The notes: generated by a model from the sequence alone, not told the origin. A stretch of DNA of 63,705 nucleotides, filler included, from Octopus bimaculoides (GCF_001194135.2; 5 parts of 3 records of this genome joined end to end with filler, not necessarily neighbours in it), one strand, 5' to 3'. Shown: positions 40,010-52,948, counted from the whole stretch's first letter. Numbers and translations are program-made.

Positions 40010-40408
40010 TTAAAAGGGTTTATTTAGATCAATCATGCATATATATATATATCTATATATACGTACGTACATACTTACATACATAATACTAACATACTTA
40101 TATACATGCATACATGCATGCATACATACACATATGCGTATTAATGCTTCCATACAATGATATTTAGCTTCAATTGTAGTGAGTTAGTGATAAACTGAAA
40201 GTCATGGTTGCATGACTTCTTTCCTTCAACTCCACACGGCATTATCTATGAAACTTATAGTCTCTCACGGTTCGCCCGGCTTTGCCTACTCCTTTTTGTA
40301 CGTCAAAAAAAACACCAAACGTTTCAAGTTAATACAATACTGTATTACAAAAGCCTGCGACATCAAATACTATGTATGTGTGTATGTATATATATGCATG
40401 CATGTATG

Positions 40409-40506
<98 letters not shown>

Positions 40507-40756
40507 NNNNNNNNNNNNNNNNNNNNNNNNNNNNNNNNNNNNNNNNNNNNTTAATTAATTAANNNNNNNNNNNNNNNNNNNNNNNNNNNNNNNNNNNNNN
40601 NNNNNNTATATATATATAGTATTAGGGAAAAGAACCAAGGTTTATGAACTCATCGATGAAAATACACTGTCACATATAGAAAATATTTATAATTAAAAGT
40701 ACAATAAATAAGTATAATATAATACAAAGTAAATATCTGTGCATGTATGTATGTGC

Positions 40757-40810
<54 letters not shown>

Positions 40811-40884
40811 GCACATACATACATGCACAGATTCACACATAGATGTATGTAAGTATATGCACAGGGCATACATATACACACATA

Positions 40885-43500
40885 CATAAGCATTACGACA
40901 TTCAATTCAATAGTATTTGTTTATATTACAGTACAATTAAATGAATGCTTAGATCAGATTCATTTCCGTAAAATGACATTTACATAAAACATGGGTATGT
41001 ATTTCCCATATAACGAGCACGGTGAATATACATTATTTGTTTACATTAGTGATAGAGAGAGATTTGGTGCATTACGTCATCATAATTGGTGTTTATATAA
41101 AAATTACAGAACATTCTCAATGCATAAGAATTTAGTTCATCTTTATTAATTAATTAATAATAACTATTAATTTTTGTTTAAAGTTTATGTTAACGTAATA
41201 TAATACACCGAATATAATGTGTATCATAAGAGAAATATTCTATATTCAGTTATGTATAAATATAGATAAAGGGCATCATATTAGCTATAGATGGAAATCT
41301 GGTGCATTACATCATCACAATTAGTGTTTATAGAAATAGTTACGAAACATATTCGATTCATAATGATTAAGTTAATCTCTATAAATTAATAAATAATAAT
41401 TATTAATTAGAGTTTAATTTTTTTATTTATGTAAGGTAATGTAACTGAATATAGTATGTATTATAAGAGATATAATCGAAAATATTCAATTAGATATAAA
41501 GATAGAAAAAGCGAATTACATTAGCAGAGTTTATGGTCAAATGGATTAAGGAAATTCATCCAATAAATGGGTACATATTGATTTCAATCAATAGGTAAAA
41601 TAATCTTGATTTCAAACTATTGTATCAATAGGTAAAATACCTCCTAAATATTTGATGATATTATATGAATATCCTATATAGTTTGATATTACCTTATGAT
41701 AAGTATATAGTTTAATTATACTTAGTGAAAACTTTTCGCTATGTGAACACAAGATGATCTTTTTTTCTTTTCTTTGGTTAAATAAATGGTTCGTAGATGT
41801 AAGGATTACATTTTCGGTACAGAACTCACATTTTTTGCTTGAGATTTTATATGAATGAGCAAAACTAAGAACTGTCCCTTTAAGATTAACTCCAAAGCTA
41901 TCGTTTATTTCCCATATGAACCTACTTAATCCAGTAGAGTTCATTTTATGTCTATTTTAAGGCTTTGTAAATGGTTAGCAACCCTAATCTTAATCTTATT
42001 TTCTGTTGACCCTATACAATAGAATTTCTTTCCTTGAGATTCAAGTATACATTGGTAGACTAAGCTATCTTTCTTACACACTTCTTTAAATTTACAATTA
42101 ATTTTAGCTTTACAGTCACAGGGTTCATTTACATCTTTATGTATAAATTTATTCGAAGTATTAAGAGAGGAGTCAATATGGGTTATTTCCTTTCTATCAT
42201 TAAGGTATGTGTGGCTGTCAGCTTTATTTTTTAGATTGGGGAGATTCTGTTTGTGTTGTGATGAATTGTTGTAATAAATAATTCTATTACTGTAGAAATC
42301 ATCTAATTTTTTGTCATTAATAGTTGATATAATCATGAACAGATTGCGAGTTAAACTATGACCAACTCTGAAATATTTATAATTAATAATTTCACTGCAT
42401 TTATTATCTTTATTAAAATGCTTATAAAGAGACCTGTATATAGATTTGATTAAATTCTTTTTAATTTGCATTGCAAATCGTATTAGATTTCTGAGGGTTG
42501 TTTTTAGATAATTTGTATTTAGATAATTTTTGATTTAGCAAAGTTTATAAAAGGGGTATGTGGTTTATCTTTTTGTATTACAAATATTACAAGGATTATC
42601 AAAGGTATGAGTTTTCAAGGAAATTACCGATTTAGTATTATCAGATTTATTATTTATGTATTTGTCACTATAAGAATAATTATAATTATCTGTAAGTTGC
42701 TTATTATTTATCTTAGATTTATAAGGTACTTTAGTATTTGTTTTACATTTAGAGATTGATGTTTAATTATTTCAAGCTTATTATCATTACCATAATCTAG
42801 TTTATTACTAGCTAGTTTATTAATTCTCCGTTTGTTATTACTTGTAGATTTATCTTATATTTAATTACCGATCTTTTCAGTTTTTGTTTCTGTATTACAA
42901 TTAGTTCTATCATATATATTTTTATCATATCGTTGATTGTACAGTATCTTATCTCTATATCCAGCTTTGGCTAGGGCCAAGTTATAATAATCTCCATGTT
43001 TCACAACTATGTTTTCATTGGTTGATAAATACGATATTCTTTTCCCTAAAGTATTTTTAATTGATTCTAGATTATTATTTAGGAAATTAATGTAGCTTAA
43101 ATTCGTATATAATTTATGGAAAGGGTCATACTTGCCAGTTATTAGATTGAAATTCAGCCTATTATATTTTGTTAATATAAACAATGATTGAGAATACTTA
43201 TTAATTTATTAATAGAAATGAACTAAATTCTTATGTATTGAGAATATTCCGCAATTTTTCTATAATTATGATGACATGCAATTATGATGACATAATAATT
43301 ATGATGACATAATGCACCAGATCTCTATATATTGCTAATGTAAACAATAAATTTATATTTATCGTGCTCGTAATATGGGAAATTCATACCTATGCTTTAT
43401 GTGAATGATATTTTACGTAAATGAATTTCATCTAAGCATTAATTTAATTATAGTGTAACATAAACAAATACTATTGAATAGAATGGTATAATGCGTATGT
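40885..43500 (-). mobile_element. 5'-truncated Penelope-like element (Naiad-type: RT thumb + CxCx5Cx5C + GIY-YIG) with ~290-bp inverted arms
   Basis: RT thumb LNFNLITGKYDPFHKL..SYIN..NN..ALAKAGY (42861-43184). Linker HFNKDNK..IIN..FRVGHS..N, then CDCKAKINCKFKEVC, SLVYQC..YCIGSTENKIKIRVANH, NSTGLSRFIWEI..KKCEFC..C.H (41612-42471). 40885-41160 is the reverse complement of 43195-43500. Confidence 0.85.
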
Positions 43501-43614
43501 ATGTGCGTGTGTATGTATGCCTTGTGAATGTACATACATACAACTATGTGTGTATCTGTGCATGTGCATGTATAGGTGTATATATATATATATAAACACA
43601 CATACATACATACA

Positions 43615-43650
<36 letters not shown>

Positions 43651-43658
43651 TATATATA

Positions 43659-43696
<38 letters not shown>

Positions 43697-43717
43697 ACAC
43701 ATACATACATACATACA

Positions 43718-43763
<46 letters not shown>

Positions 43764-44687
43764 ATATACATATATATANNNNNNNNNNNNNNNNNNNNNN
43801 NNNNNNNNNNNNNNNNNNNNNNNNNNNNNNNNNNNNNNNNNNNNNNNNNNNNNNNNNNNNNNNNNNNNNNNNNNNNNNNNNNNNNNNNNNNNNNNNNNNN
43901 NNNNNNNNNNNNNNNNNNNNNNNNNNNNNNNNNNNNNNNNNNNNNNNNNNNNNNNNNNNNNNNNNNNNNNNNNNNNNNNNNNNNNNNNNNNNNNNNNNNN
44001 NNNNNNNNNNNNNNNNNNNNNNNNNNNNNNNNNNNNNNNNNNNNNNNNNNNNNNNNNNNNNNNNNNNNNNNNNNNNNNNNNNNNNNNNNNNNNNNNNNNN
44101 NNNNNNNNNNNNNNNNNNNNNNNNNNNNNNNNNNNNNNNNNNNNNNNNNNNNNNNNNNNNNNNNNNNNNNNNNNNNNNNNNNNNNNNNNNNNNNNNNNNN
44201 NNNNNNNNNNNNNNNNNNNNNNNNNNNNNNNNNNNNNNNNNNNNNNNNNNNNNNNNNNNNNNNNNNNNNNNNNNNNNNNNNNNNNNNNNNNNNNNNNNNN
44301 NNNNNNNNNNNNNNNNNNNNNNNNNNNNNNNNNNNNNNNNNNNNNNNNNNNNNNNNNNNNNNNNNNNNNNNNNNNNNNNNNNNNNNNNNNNNNNNNNNNN
44401 NNNNNNNNNNNNNNNNNNNNNNNNNNNNNNNNNNNNNNNNNNNNNNNNNNNNNNNNNNNNNNNNNNNNNNNNNNNNNNNNNNNNNNNNNNNNNNNNNNNN
44501 NNNNNNNNNNNNNNNNNNNNNNNNNNNNNNNNNNNNNNNNNNNNNNNNNNNNNNNNNNNNNNNNNNNNNNNNNNNNNNNNNNNNNNNNNNNNNNNNNNNN
44601 NNNNNNNNNNNNNNNNNNNNNNNNNNNNNNNNNNNNNNNNNNNNNNNNNNNNNNNNNNNNNNNNNNNNNNNNNNNNNNNNNNNNNNN

Positions 44688-44762
<75 letters not shown>

Positions 44763-45122
44763 TAGTTTTTATTAATTATTAACTTCCAAGATAACATTTT
44801 TGTATGTATATACTGGAGTTGAAGAATGGATGTTACCATGATATTCTGTGGATCTGAAGAGCAAGTTCTATTGTTGTATTAGCTTGTAAAATGTACAACG
44901 GTATAGGTAATTTATAGCATATGCATTTGTGCTGACATGTAAAATAATTTATTATACATTAAAATGAATTATTTTCCCTTGATGTTGGCTGCGAAGCAAT
45001 TATGAGCTTACGGATATCAACTGGTGAAATAAATTCATCTCATACCTCCTGATTTTCTTTATATCCTCTCTCTCACTCTCACTTTCTCTTACTCTTTCTC
45101 TCTCACTCTCTCTCTCTCAAAG

Positions 45123-45129
<7 letters not shown>

Positions 45130-45165
<36 letters not shown>

Positions 45166-45355
45166 ATATAACCTCACGTGGAGTGTTAGCGATTTTCCTC
45201 CGTCTTTCTTCTTTCCCTTTCCCTTTAGACTGTCCTGTTTTTCCTGTTTCCGACGAAGAGCTGTGCTCGAAACGGAAAATAACAACTCTCGTTTTTCACC
45301 GAGCGTCATATTAACACGTTGTTTGTGCTACATCCTCAGGTTACTTCGCTTTTTC
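45130..45355 (+). mobile_element. PLE-like mini-element with degenerate hammerhead motif (45247-45279)
   Basis: TTT|CCGACGA|A|GAGC-TGT-GCTC|GAA|ACGG|A|AAA. Lies after (TA)(TG)n and runs into a gap. Confidence 0.55.
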
Positions 45356-46881
45356 NNNNNNNNNNNNNNNNNNNNNNNNNNNNNNNNNNNNNNNNNNNNN
45401 NNNNNNNNNNNNNNNNNNNNNNNNNNNNNNNNNNNNNNNNNNNNNNNNNNNNNNNNNNNNNNNNNNNNNNNNNNNNNNNNNNNNNNNNNNNNNNNNNNNN
45501 NNNNNNNNNNNNNNNNNNNNNNNNNNNNNNNNNNNNNNNNNNNNNNNNNNNNNNNNNNNNNNNNNNNNNNNNNNNNNNNNNNNNNNNNNNNNNNNNNNNN
45601 NNNNNNNNNNNNNNNNNNNNNNNNNNNNNNNNNNNNNNNNNNNNNNNNNNNNNNNNNNNNNNNNNNNNNNNNNNNNNNNNNNNNNNNNNNNNNNNNNNNN
45701 NNNNNNNNNNNNNNNNNNNNNNNNNNNNNNNNNNNNNNNNNNNNNNNNNNNNNNNNNNNNNNNNNNNNNNNNNNNNNNNNNNNNNNNNNNNNNNNNNNNN
45801 NNNNNNNNNNNNNNNNNNNNNNNNNNNNNNNNNNNNNNNNNNNNNNNNNNNNNNNNNNNNNNNNNNNNNNNNNNNNNNNNNNNNNNNNNNNNNNNNNNNN
45901 NNNNNNNNNNNNNNNNNNNNNNNNNNNNNNNNNNNNNNNNNNNNNNNNNNNNNNNNNNNNNNNNNNNNNNNNNNNNNNNNNNNNNNNNNNNNNNNNNNNN
46001 NNNNNNNNNNNNNNNNNNNNNNNNNNNNNNNNNNNNNNTATATATATATATATATATATATATATCTTGAACAAGTAGAAAAGCACTCGATCAGCTAATA
46101 GAGTAAAAATAATCTTAAATTAAAACCCACAAAACTTGCAATTGCCGTAACCCCTGTTTCCTACTCAAAATAATTTATTCCGCTATTTATGAAGCTACAA
46201 AGAAGACCGTTTGTCAGTTGTGATTTGAGCAGATAACGTTTAAGCAAGAGACACTTGTAAAGAAGAAAATAGGAAGGAAAAACACAAGTGAGATAACCAA
46301 CGTTAAATAATTCAACATTAAGTAGACGTAAATCAAATGTTAATGTTTTACTAAGTGTCCGGTGGTGTACTTATAAATTCCGACAAGATTTATTTCTTGA
46401 AATGTGGACATACAGAAAAAAATCTCGTTCCTCAAATTTTTGTATTCGTTGGTGGTTCTGAAGTGTTTTAATAGATACAGTTTTTCAGGCGAGCACGCTA
46501 AACATTTTTGGGCCGTTAATATAGGGCCTGGATTTAGAGAGGTTTATCAATTTGATATGGAAATTTGCCCAGTCATCTTTAAGCTTCTAGATTAAAGCCG
46601 AAAGTTTTGTGAAATATGTTTTATCACTGTTCCTAAAATTCAAAAGATGGTTGTTTATCTATTGATCAATAGATTTAAATTTTCTTTCCACGACTCCGAT
46701 ATAGCATTTGATATTTGTACGATCATTCTCGTACTTTGCTTAAACCTTTGCTCCTGTCCCAGGGGACATTTAGATTTACCCCTATATATGCATCCGGGAC
46801 AGGCTTGAGTATTCCATTGCTTATTGATATACGACTTAAAGTTAGGACGACAAGAAAAGGTATATATATATATATATAATC

Positions 46882-47234
46882 ACTTGTTTCAGTCATTTGA
46901 CTGCGGCCATGTTGGAGCACCGCCTTTAGTCGAACAAATCAAACCTAGGACTTATTCTTTGTAAGCCTAGTACTTATTCCATCGGTGTCTTTTGCCGAAC
47001 CGATAGGTTACGGGGACGTAAACACATCAACATCAGTTGTCAAGCGATGGTGGTGGGGACAAACACAAATACATATATAAACGACAGGCTTCTTTCAGTG
47101 TCCATATACCAAATCCACTCACAAGGCTTTGATTGACCCGAGGCTATAGTAGAAGACACATACCTAAGGTGGGGCACGCAGTAGGACTGAACCCGGAATC
47201 ATGTGGATCTTACCACACAGCTACTCCTGCGCCT
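46882..47234 (-). mobile_element. SINE family A, full length
   Basis: Reverse complement of 17552-17950. Confidence 0.9.
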
Positions 47235-48949
47235 AACTTTATATATAATTTTTATTGTATATGTGTGTGTGTGCGTGTGTGTGTGTGTGACAATTTTGAA
47301 TTAAAATAGTCATGTCAATCTGTTAAAATACATCAACATTTTTTTGTTAATTTTTTTGATTAATAGTTCAGGATATCACGAAATATCACAAAGTGTTTGT
47401 TACACACTTCGTTGCACGTTTGTTGCTGGTGATCTTTTATAGGTATCAGTGTGTTTCTATCTTTTCTTTTCTCTCCCATTTTCTATTTTCTCTTCCTATA
47501 TGTTTCTTTCTTTAGGAACCTTCAATTCTAAGTACCTCAGTTTAATACCCGTTTTTTTTTTGTTGTTGTTTTGTTTTTTTGTTGGAGGTGGAAATTTAGA
47601 ATAGTAAAGCTTTCTGAGTTGTTTCCATTTAAACTTTAGGTCTGTGGTTTTAGGTCACTTTAAGATTAAATTCCTCTTTGTTGTAATCTGTCTGCCTGCT
47701 TTGTATTTTCATCTATTTAATTCATTATCATTATTCTTACTATGTGGGATGGCTCCTGTATAATGGAATTGTGCTAGGGATCAGGTCAAACAAGTTTGAC
47801 AAACAATTTTGACACTTAATAGACTTTACAATAAAAATATAAACAAAAATGAATATAACATTGCCCATATGTACCTTGCCAAACAAGTATAACATTTTGA
47901 ATTTATTAGGTTAGATTATTATTAAAGAGACACTATTACCGATGATGTTGAAATGAAATCCCTTCATTATGATAATTTAATGCCAAACGGCAAAATTATG
48001 AACAAATCTCTACATTCCGATAACGTGCCTATTTAAGTAAATGCAAATCTATATGAATATCTTCTTGATGTCATCGTTCGTTTTCATACATTCATTCCGC
48101 CATGGAATTTTGTATATGTTCAGCCAGTTCTCCTACCTCCTAACTTTCATTAAATGGCATATCTTCTTTTCATTGCAGCTGTCAAAAATGTTAATTGAAT
48201 TTTTCATACATTTCAAAGGAAGAGCAGGAAGTTGTTACCATTATGTAACCAATAATGATCATGCATTCTTGAACTTTTTATCCAGATGTTTTTAAAAACA
48301 CTTAATTAACTGCAGTCAATTTGAGATATCATATGCCAGGAATACTTCTCTATAATTATGATATTTAATGTTTCGTTTTGTTCTATTACGTTTAATTTTT
48401 TTCTAGTTTTACTTTTCTCTTTTTTATCTTTAGATAATTTAGGATATTGATAGTGGTTGAAATACTTTTGCAACTGACCCATATACTTTATAAGTAACAA
48501 AGGGTGTCGTTAGGCAGCTCCAACATTTTAAACAAAACGTACAAAAGTGCAATGGATTATTTATATCGTTTTGACTGTACACGATAATGATTTATAGGAA
48601 ATGCGAAATTGGTTGGTAAGGTATATTATATTGCTGAAATATCTCCTAACAATTATCAAAATTGTCGGTCATGCAATGTCCCATGAGAGAATGTATCTTT
48701 AGGACATTACTAAAGACGATAACTCTCTTCATAGGTATTCAACAGACGATGCATTATAATGATTTTTTTAATGTATTTATCTAGACTCATGCAACGAAAT
48801 CAGCTGAACATTAAATGAGATGGTAGAAATCATCATAGCAGTGATAATTCGATTGTATATCTATGTCTGTGTGTGTATACATACATACACACACATACAT
48901 ACACACAAACGCACACACGTACGCATACACGCACACACACATACATATA

Positions 48950-49118
48950 GGACGGGCTTCCTTTAGTTTCTGTCTACTAATTCATTCACAAAGCTTTGGT
49001 CAGCCTGAGGCTATAGTAGAAGACAGTTGCCCAAGGTACCACTGCGTGGTACCTTGGGCAACCTTGGTACCATGTAGTTGGGAAACAAGTTTCTCACCGC
49101 ACAACCACGCCTGCGCCC
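48950..49118 (-). mobile_element. SINE family A, 5' half
   Basis: GGACGGGCTTCCTTTAGTTTCTGTCTAC...GAGGCTATAGTAGAAGAC...CACAACCACGCCTGCGCC. Confidence 0.8.
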
Positions 49119-49149
49119 ATATATATATATATATTTACATATATATGAC

Positions 49150-49345
49150 ACAACTCGACTCCGTCGGTCACGAATGGCCATGTGTGCACCTAAGAGGTTC
49201 CCATCCGTGGTACAAGTCTGGACGGAAAGTCGCCTCACCTGCGAACGCACAACGTAGGGCTGTTTTATAGAAGACCAGCAGTCGCTCATGTATACAAGCC
49301 TCCCCTCTCCACGCCACCGATGTTATCCAAGCGAAAGGCAAAGGC
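49150..49345 (-). repeat. Probable interspersed repeat (retroposon body), family unresolved
   Basis: GC-rich block (…GAAGACCAGCAGTCGCTCATG…CCTCCCCTCTCCACGCCACCGATGTTATCCAAG…) that I recall as an abundant octopus repeat. It has no second copy in this window. Confidence 0.4.
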
Positions 49346-49445
49346 NNNNNNNNNNNNNNNNNNNNNNNNNNNNNNNNNNNNNNNNNNNNTTAATTAATTA
49401 ANNNNNNNNNNNNNNNNNNNNNNNNNNNNNNNNNNNNNNNNNNNN

Positions 49446-49480
<35 letters not shown>

Positions 49481-49489
49481 ATTTATACT

Positions 49490-49797
49490 TCCGAAACCGT
49501 CAATGGCACCTGTGCCCAGCAGAGTCTTCCTGGCACTTGTGTCGGATGGCATGTGTAAGCACATTCGAGCGAGATCGTTGCCAGTGCCGCCGAACTGGCT
49601 CCTGTGCGGGTGGCACGTAAAAGCACCCACTACACTCTTGGAGTGGTTGGCGTTAGGAAGGGCATCCAGCTGTAGAAACTCTGCCAAATCAGATTGGAGC
49701 CTGGTGTAGCCATCTGGTTCACCAGTCCTCAGTCAAATCATCCAACCCATGCTAGCATGGAAAGCAGACATTAAACAACGATGATGATGATGATGAC
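49490..49797 (+). mobile_element. RTE-LINE 3' UTR / RTE-derived retroposon with (GAT)n tail
   Basis: AGCACCCACTACACTCTTGGAGTGGTTGGCGTTAGGAAGGGCATCCAGCTGTAG matches 58790-58843, which follows an RTE ORF. Ends in GATGATGAT. Confidence 0.8.
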
Positions 49798-49877
49798 AAA
49801 GAAAGCATCAGTTGAGTATAGATAGTAATAAGAAATTGAAATGACAAGGGAATAAGAAATCATGTCATGAACTTCAT

Positions 49878-49958
49878 AAGCTTACAACTGTTTCTGCCAT
49901 AAGATGCAATTCATTGATGGTTGAGTGTTGTGTATTAACCTATAGTTTCATCAGTTTC
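49878..49958 (-). ncRNA. Hammerhead-like motif with long stem II (core intact, stem I lost)
   Basis: Minus strand CTGATGA-AACTATAG..(53 nt in total)..CTTATGGCA-GAAACAGTTGT-A. Stem I cannot be paired. Confidence 0.5.
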
Positions 49959-50939
49959 AGAAATGAAGTGTAATTCTATTTGGGAAAGCATTTACATTTA
50001 TATATATAGACAAAGAAAAATATTGTCAATGAAAAAGTATAAACATATGTATGGAATGATTTCAGCAGTTTGAAAGGGAGAAGCCTCTCCCAAAAGTGGA
50101 TTAAGATAAAATTTTATCTGTATATATGCATAAGGACAGGTTTATGAAGAACCTCGAGTATAAAGAAATAAAAAGGAAAACAAGTAGAAATACATCTTGG
50201 GAATGGAGCTGGATTGAATGTGAAAGAATCATGGCATTGAGAGAAAGAGAGGATTAAAAAGAGAAGGAGAGAAACAGAACGCAGGTTGAGGGTCAATGAA
50301 GATTTTTGTTGCATAAGGATCCTAGCCAGAGTGACAGATTTATAATTAATAGATTAAAAGCAGGGATGGACTGGAGAGACATGTTAAAGATAACAGCAGG
50401 TGTGTCCGTGTGTCCTTGTGTATGTGTGTGCATGTGTGGAGAGAGAGAGAGAGATGGGGGAGAAAGGTGATACTGACAGATATATATCTTCATACATATA
50501 CATACACACAGACACACACACGTACACAAGTATATTATATCCATGCACAGAAACATCTACAAACATATTTATATATATGTATGCACATACACACACACAC
50601 ACTCACACAAATTCATACATATATACATTTACAAACACACACACACATATATATATACTCACACATACACTCATATACTCACGCGAGTATACTGATATAC
50701 ATTTACAGGAACATCTCTATATATAAATCAATATATACACATATATACATAGATGCAGATACTTACAAAATAGCTACAGATACACTTCACACCTACATGG
50801 ACACAAATACACATATAAATACATTGAAATACATGTACACTCACACACACACACTGTCATATTTATCATATTTAACTGATGTCCATCAGTTAAATAACAA
50901 TAGTAATAAACAAGTGAAGAACGAATATATATGTATATA

Positions 50940-50977
<38 letters not shown>

Positions 50978-51279
50978 ATTTGGCAAGAAAAGGAGAAAAA
51001 AAGACTGTCTTGAAATATAACAATATCTGTTTCTCACAGTTTCACATCAACAATCTTGCAACACAAATTCATAGATGTATATATACACGGATATATACCA
51101 ATACATAATTATATATATATATATATATATATATAGTCCGCAGATGAGATCCAGAGATTCTCAGAACAGAAGACACTTAGTTGTGCTCAAATATTTCAAA
51201 CTTAGTCTTCGATGTCTTTACAGGAGATCAATTGCATGGGGTAAATATTTGCTACAAGAGGGATCAAGTCGAGTACATA

Positions 51280-52576
51280 TGGAGGCAATTATGCAGATAA
51301 ACAAATTAGATATATTAAATGTAACAGTTTGGGTTTGAAATACAAAATATGTATATATGTATACATGCAAAACAAGAGAAAGAAAAAGGTGGAGGCTTTC
51401 AGATGATGAATATTTAAGTATAAATATATAGATACTTATATCAAGAGATCCAACTTACATAGAGTACAAACAACAGAGAGAATTAATGAGGTGGAAGAAA
51501 GGTGTCATAAGTCCAACAGTTGTTTCTGGGGACTCAGAGATCCATCACAATGTCAGTAGATGTAGTTCATCGCAATATGGAAGCAATCAACGTTGGATAA
51601 GATGAGTCTCTATCATCAGGGTAGAGAAGATCATACATTGCAGATCTTAATGCAGAGAATTTCAAAAATGGAATGATCAAATTTGGAGAGCTAGTCGTAT
51701 TAGAGGGGGGGGGGGAAGTAGGAGGGTCGGTGGGGTTATGGGGAGTGTTAAGACAGGAAATGATGAGAAGAGGTAGAGTTAGCTCAGGAAGAGGGAGAGG
51801 GTTAATAATGAGGGTATTAAGAGCGGTGGTAGTAGAAGTGGAGAGTTGGGAGGTGAATGGGTGGGGTAGGATAGATAGTATTTGAATGGTAGTGAGTTGT
51901 TGTTGAGTTTGTGTCTAGGTGTCAAAGTTTAGGGAAAATGGCTATAGAGTTACAGGAAGTTGCGATAGTGAGAAAAGGAATGGCAGTTATTTGAGGGAGG
52001 GAAAGTGTCTAGTTCAATGGCAGAGGCAGATTACTAACGTATGTAGAAAGGCATGACAGAAGATAGAAGGAGGTGGACAGAATGGAGGGTGAGTCGGTGG
52101 TCAAGACAGCAGTGGTTAGTACAATAACCACTCGGTGGGTTAGTAATGGAAGAGGAGTATTAGGGTATGCAGAGGTGTATGAGATTGACTAGAGGGAGGT
52201 GAATAGAGATGTAAGATCATTTCTACCCTGATAACTGAGGCTTGTCTGATCCAACATTGATTGCTTCCATTATGGCTGCATATTGTGATGAACTACAGCT
52301 ACCAACAAACATTATGATGGATCTCTGAGCCCCCAGAAACAGCTGTTGGATTTATAACACCTTTCTTCCTCCACTTAAATTTTCTCTGTTGTTTGTATTC
52401 TGTGTAAGTTGGATCTATTAATATAAATATCTATATACTTAAAAATTCAACATCTGAAAGTCTCCACTTTTTGCTTTCTCTTGTTTTGCATGTGTACATA
52501 TATGCATATTTTGTATTTCATAGCCAAACTGTTACATTTAATATATCTAATTTGCTTATCTGCATAATTGCCTCTA
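51280..52576. mobile_element. PLE-like remnant: two ~360-bp inverted arms (51280-51635 / 52212-52576), each with a hammerhead-like motif, around a ~570-bp spacer
   Basis: The arms align by eye along their length (e.g. GAGGCAATTATGCAGATAA / TTATCTGCATAATTGCCTC; GTTTCTGGGGACTCAGAGATCCATCA / TGATGGATCTCTGAGCCCCCAGAAAC). Confidence 0.75.
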
Positions 52577-52759
52577 TATATACATATATACACATATCGC
52601 TAGGCTTAAGTGAAATAATAAAATACATGGAAATGATATGTATAAATATATTTGTAATATATAAATATAAATATTATATTAGAGGGAAAATCAAAACCAA
52701 GGCAGAACGAGTATCTCAAGTCATTTAGATCAATTTAATGAGGGTAAGGTGAATTTGAA

Positions 52760-52835
52760 GCCTTACAGCTGTTTCTGGGATAACCCAAGTGGGTGGTTAG
52801 CATGTCCGAGCACTGGGTATTCTGTCATCAGAGGC
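52760..52835 (-). ncRNA. Type I hammerhead ribozyme motif with intact core and extended stem II
   Basis: Minus strand GCCT|CTGATGA|CAGAATACCCAGTG...CACTTGGGTTATCCCA|GAA|ACAGCTGT|A|AGGC. It has a perfect 4-bp stem I, palindromic stem III and a GUA triplet. Confidence 0.8.
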
Positions 52836-52948
52836 AAGATATGAATATTTTAGACGGGGAAAATTTACAGTTTACAAGGAATAAAATTCACAGTTTATAA
52901 GGAATAAAATAGAAGATTAAAGAGTAAAATTAGAAGAATATAGGCAGG

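Noticed and set aside
48480-48780. Helitron-like words (FSHG, FAFPIN) on the minus strand
   Set aside because: Their order is reversed relative to the Helitron helicase C-terminus, and there are many stops.
50400-51108. H/T/Y/I-rich ORFs of up to 232 aa
   Set aside because: They derive from degenerate (CA)/(TA) repeats.
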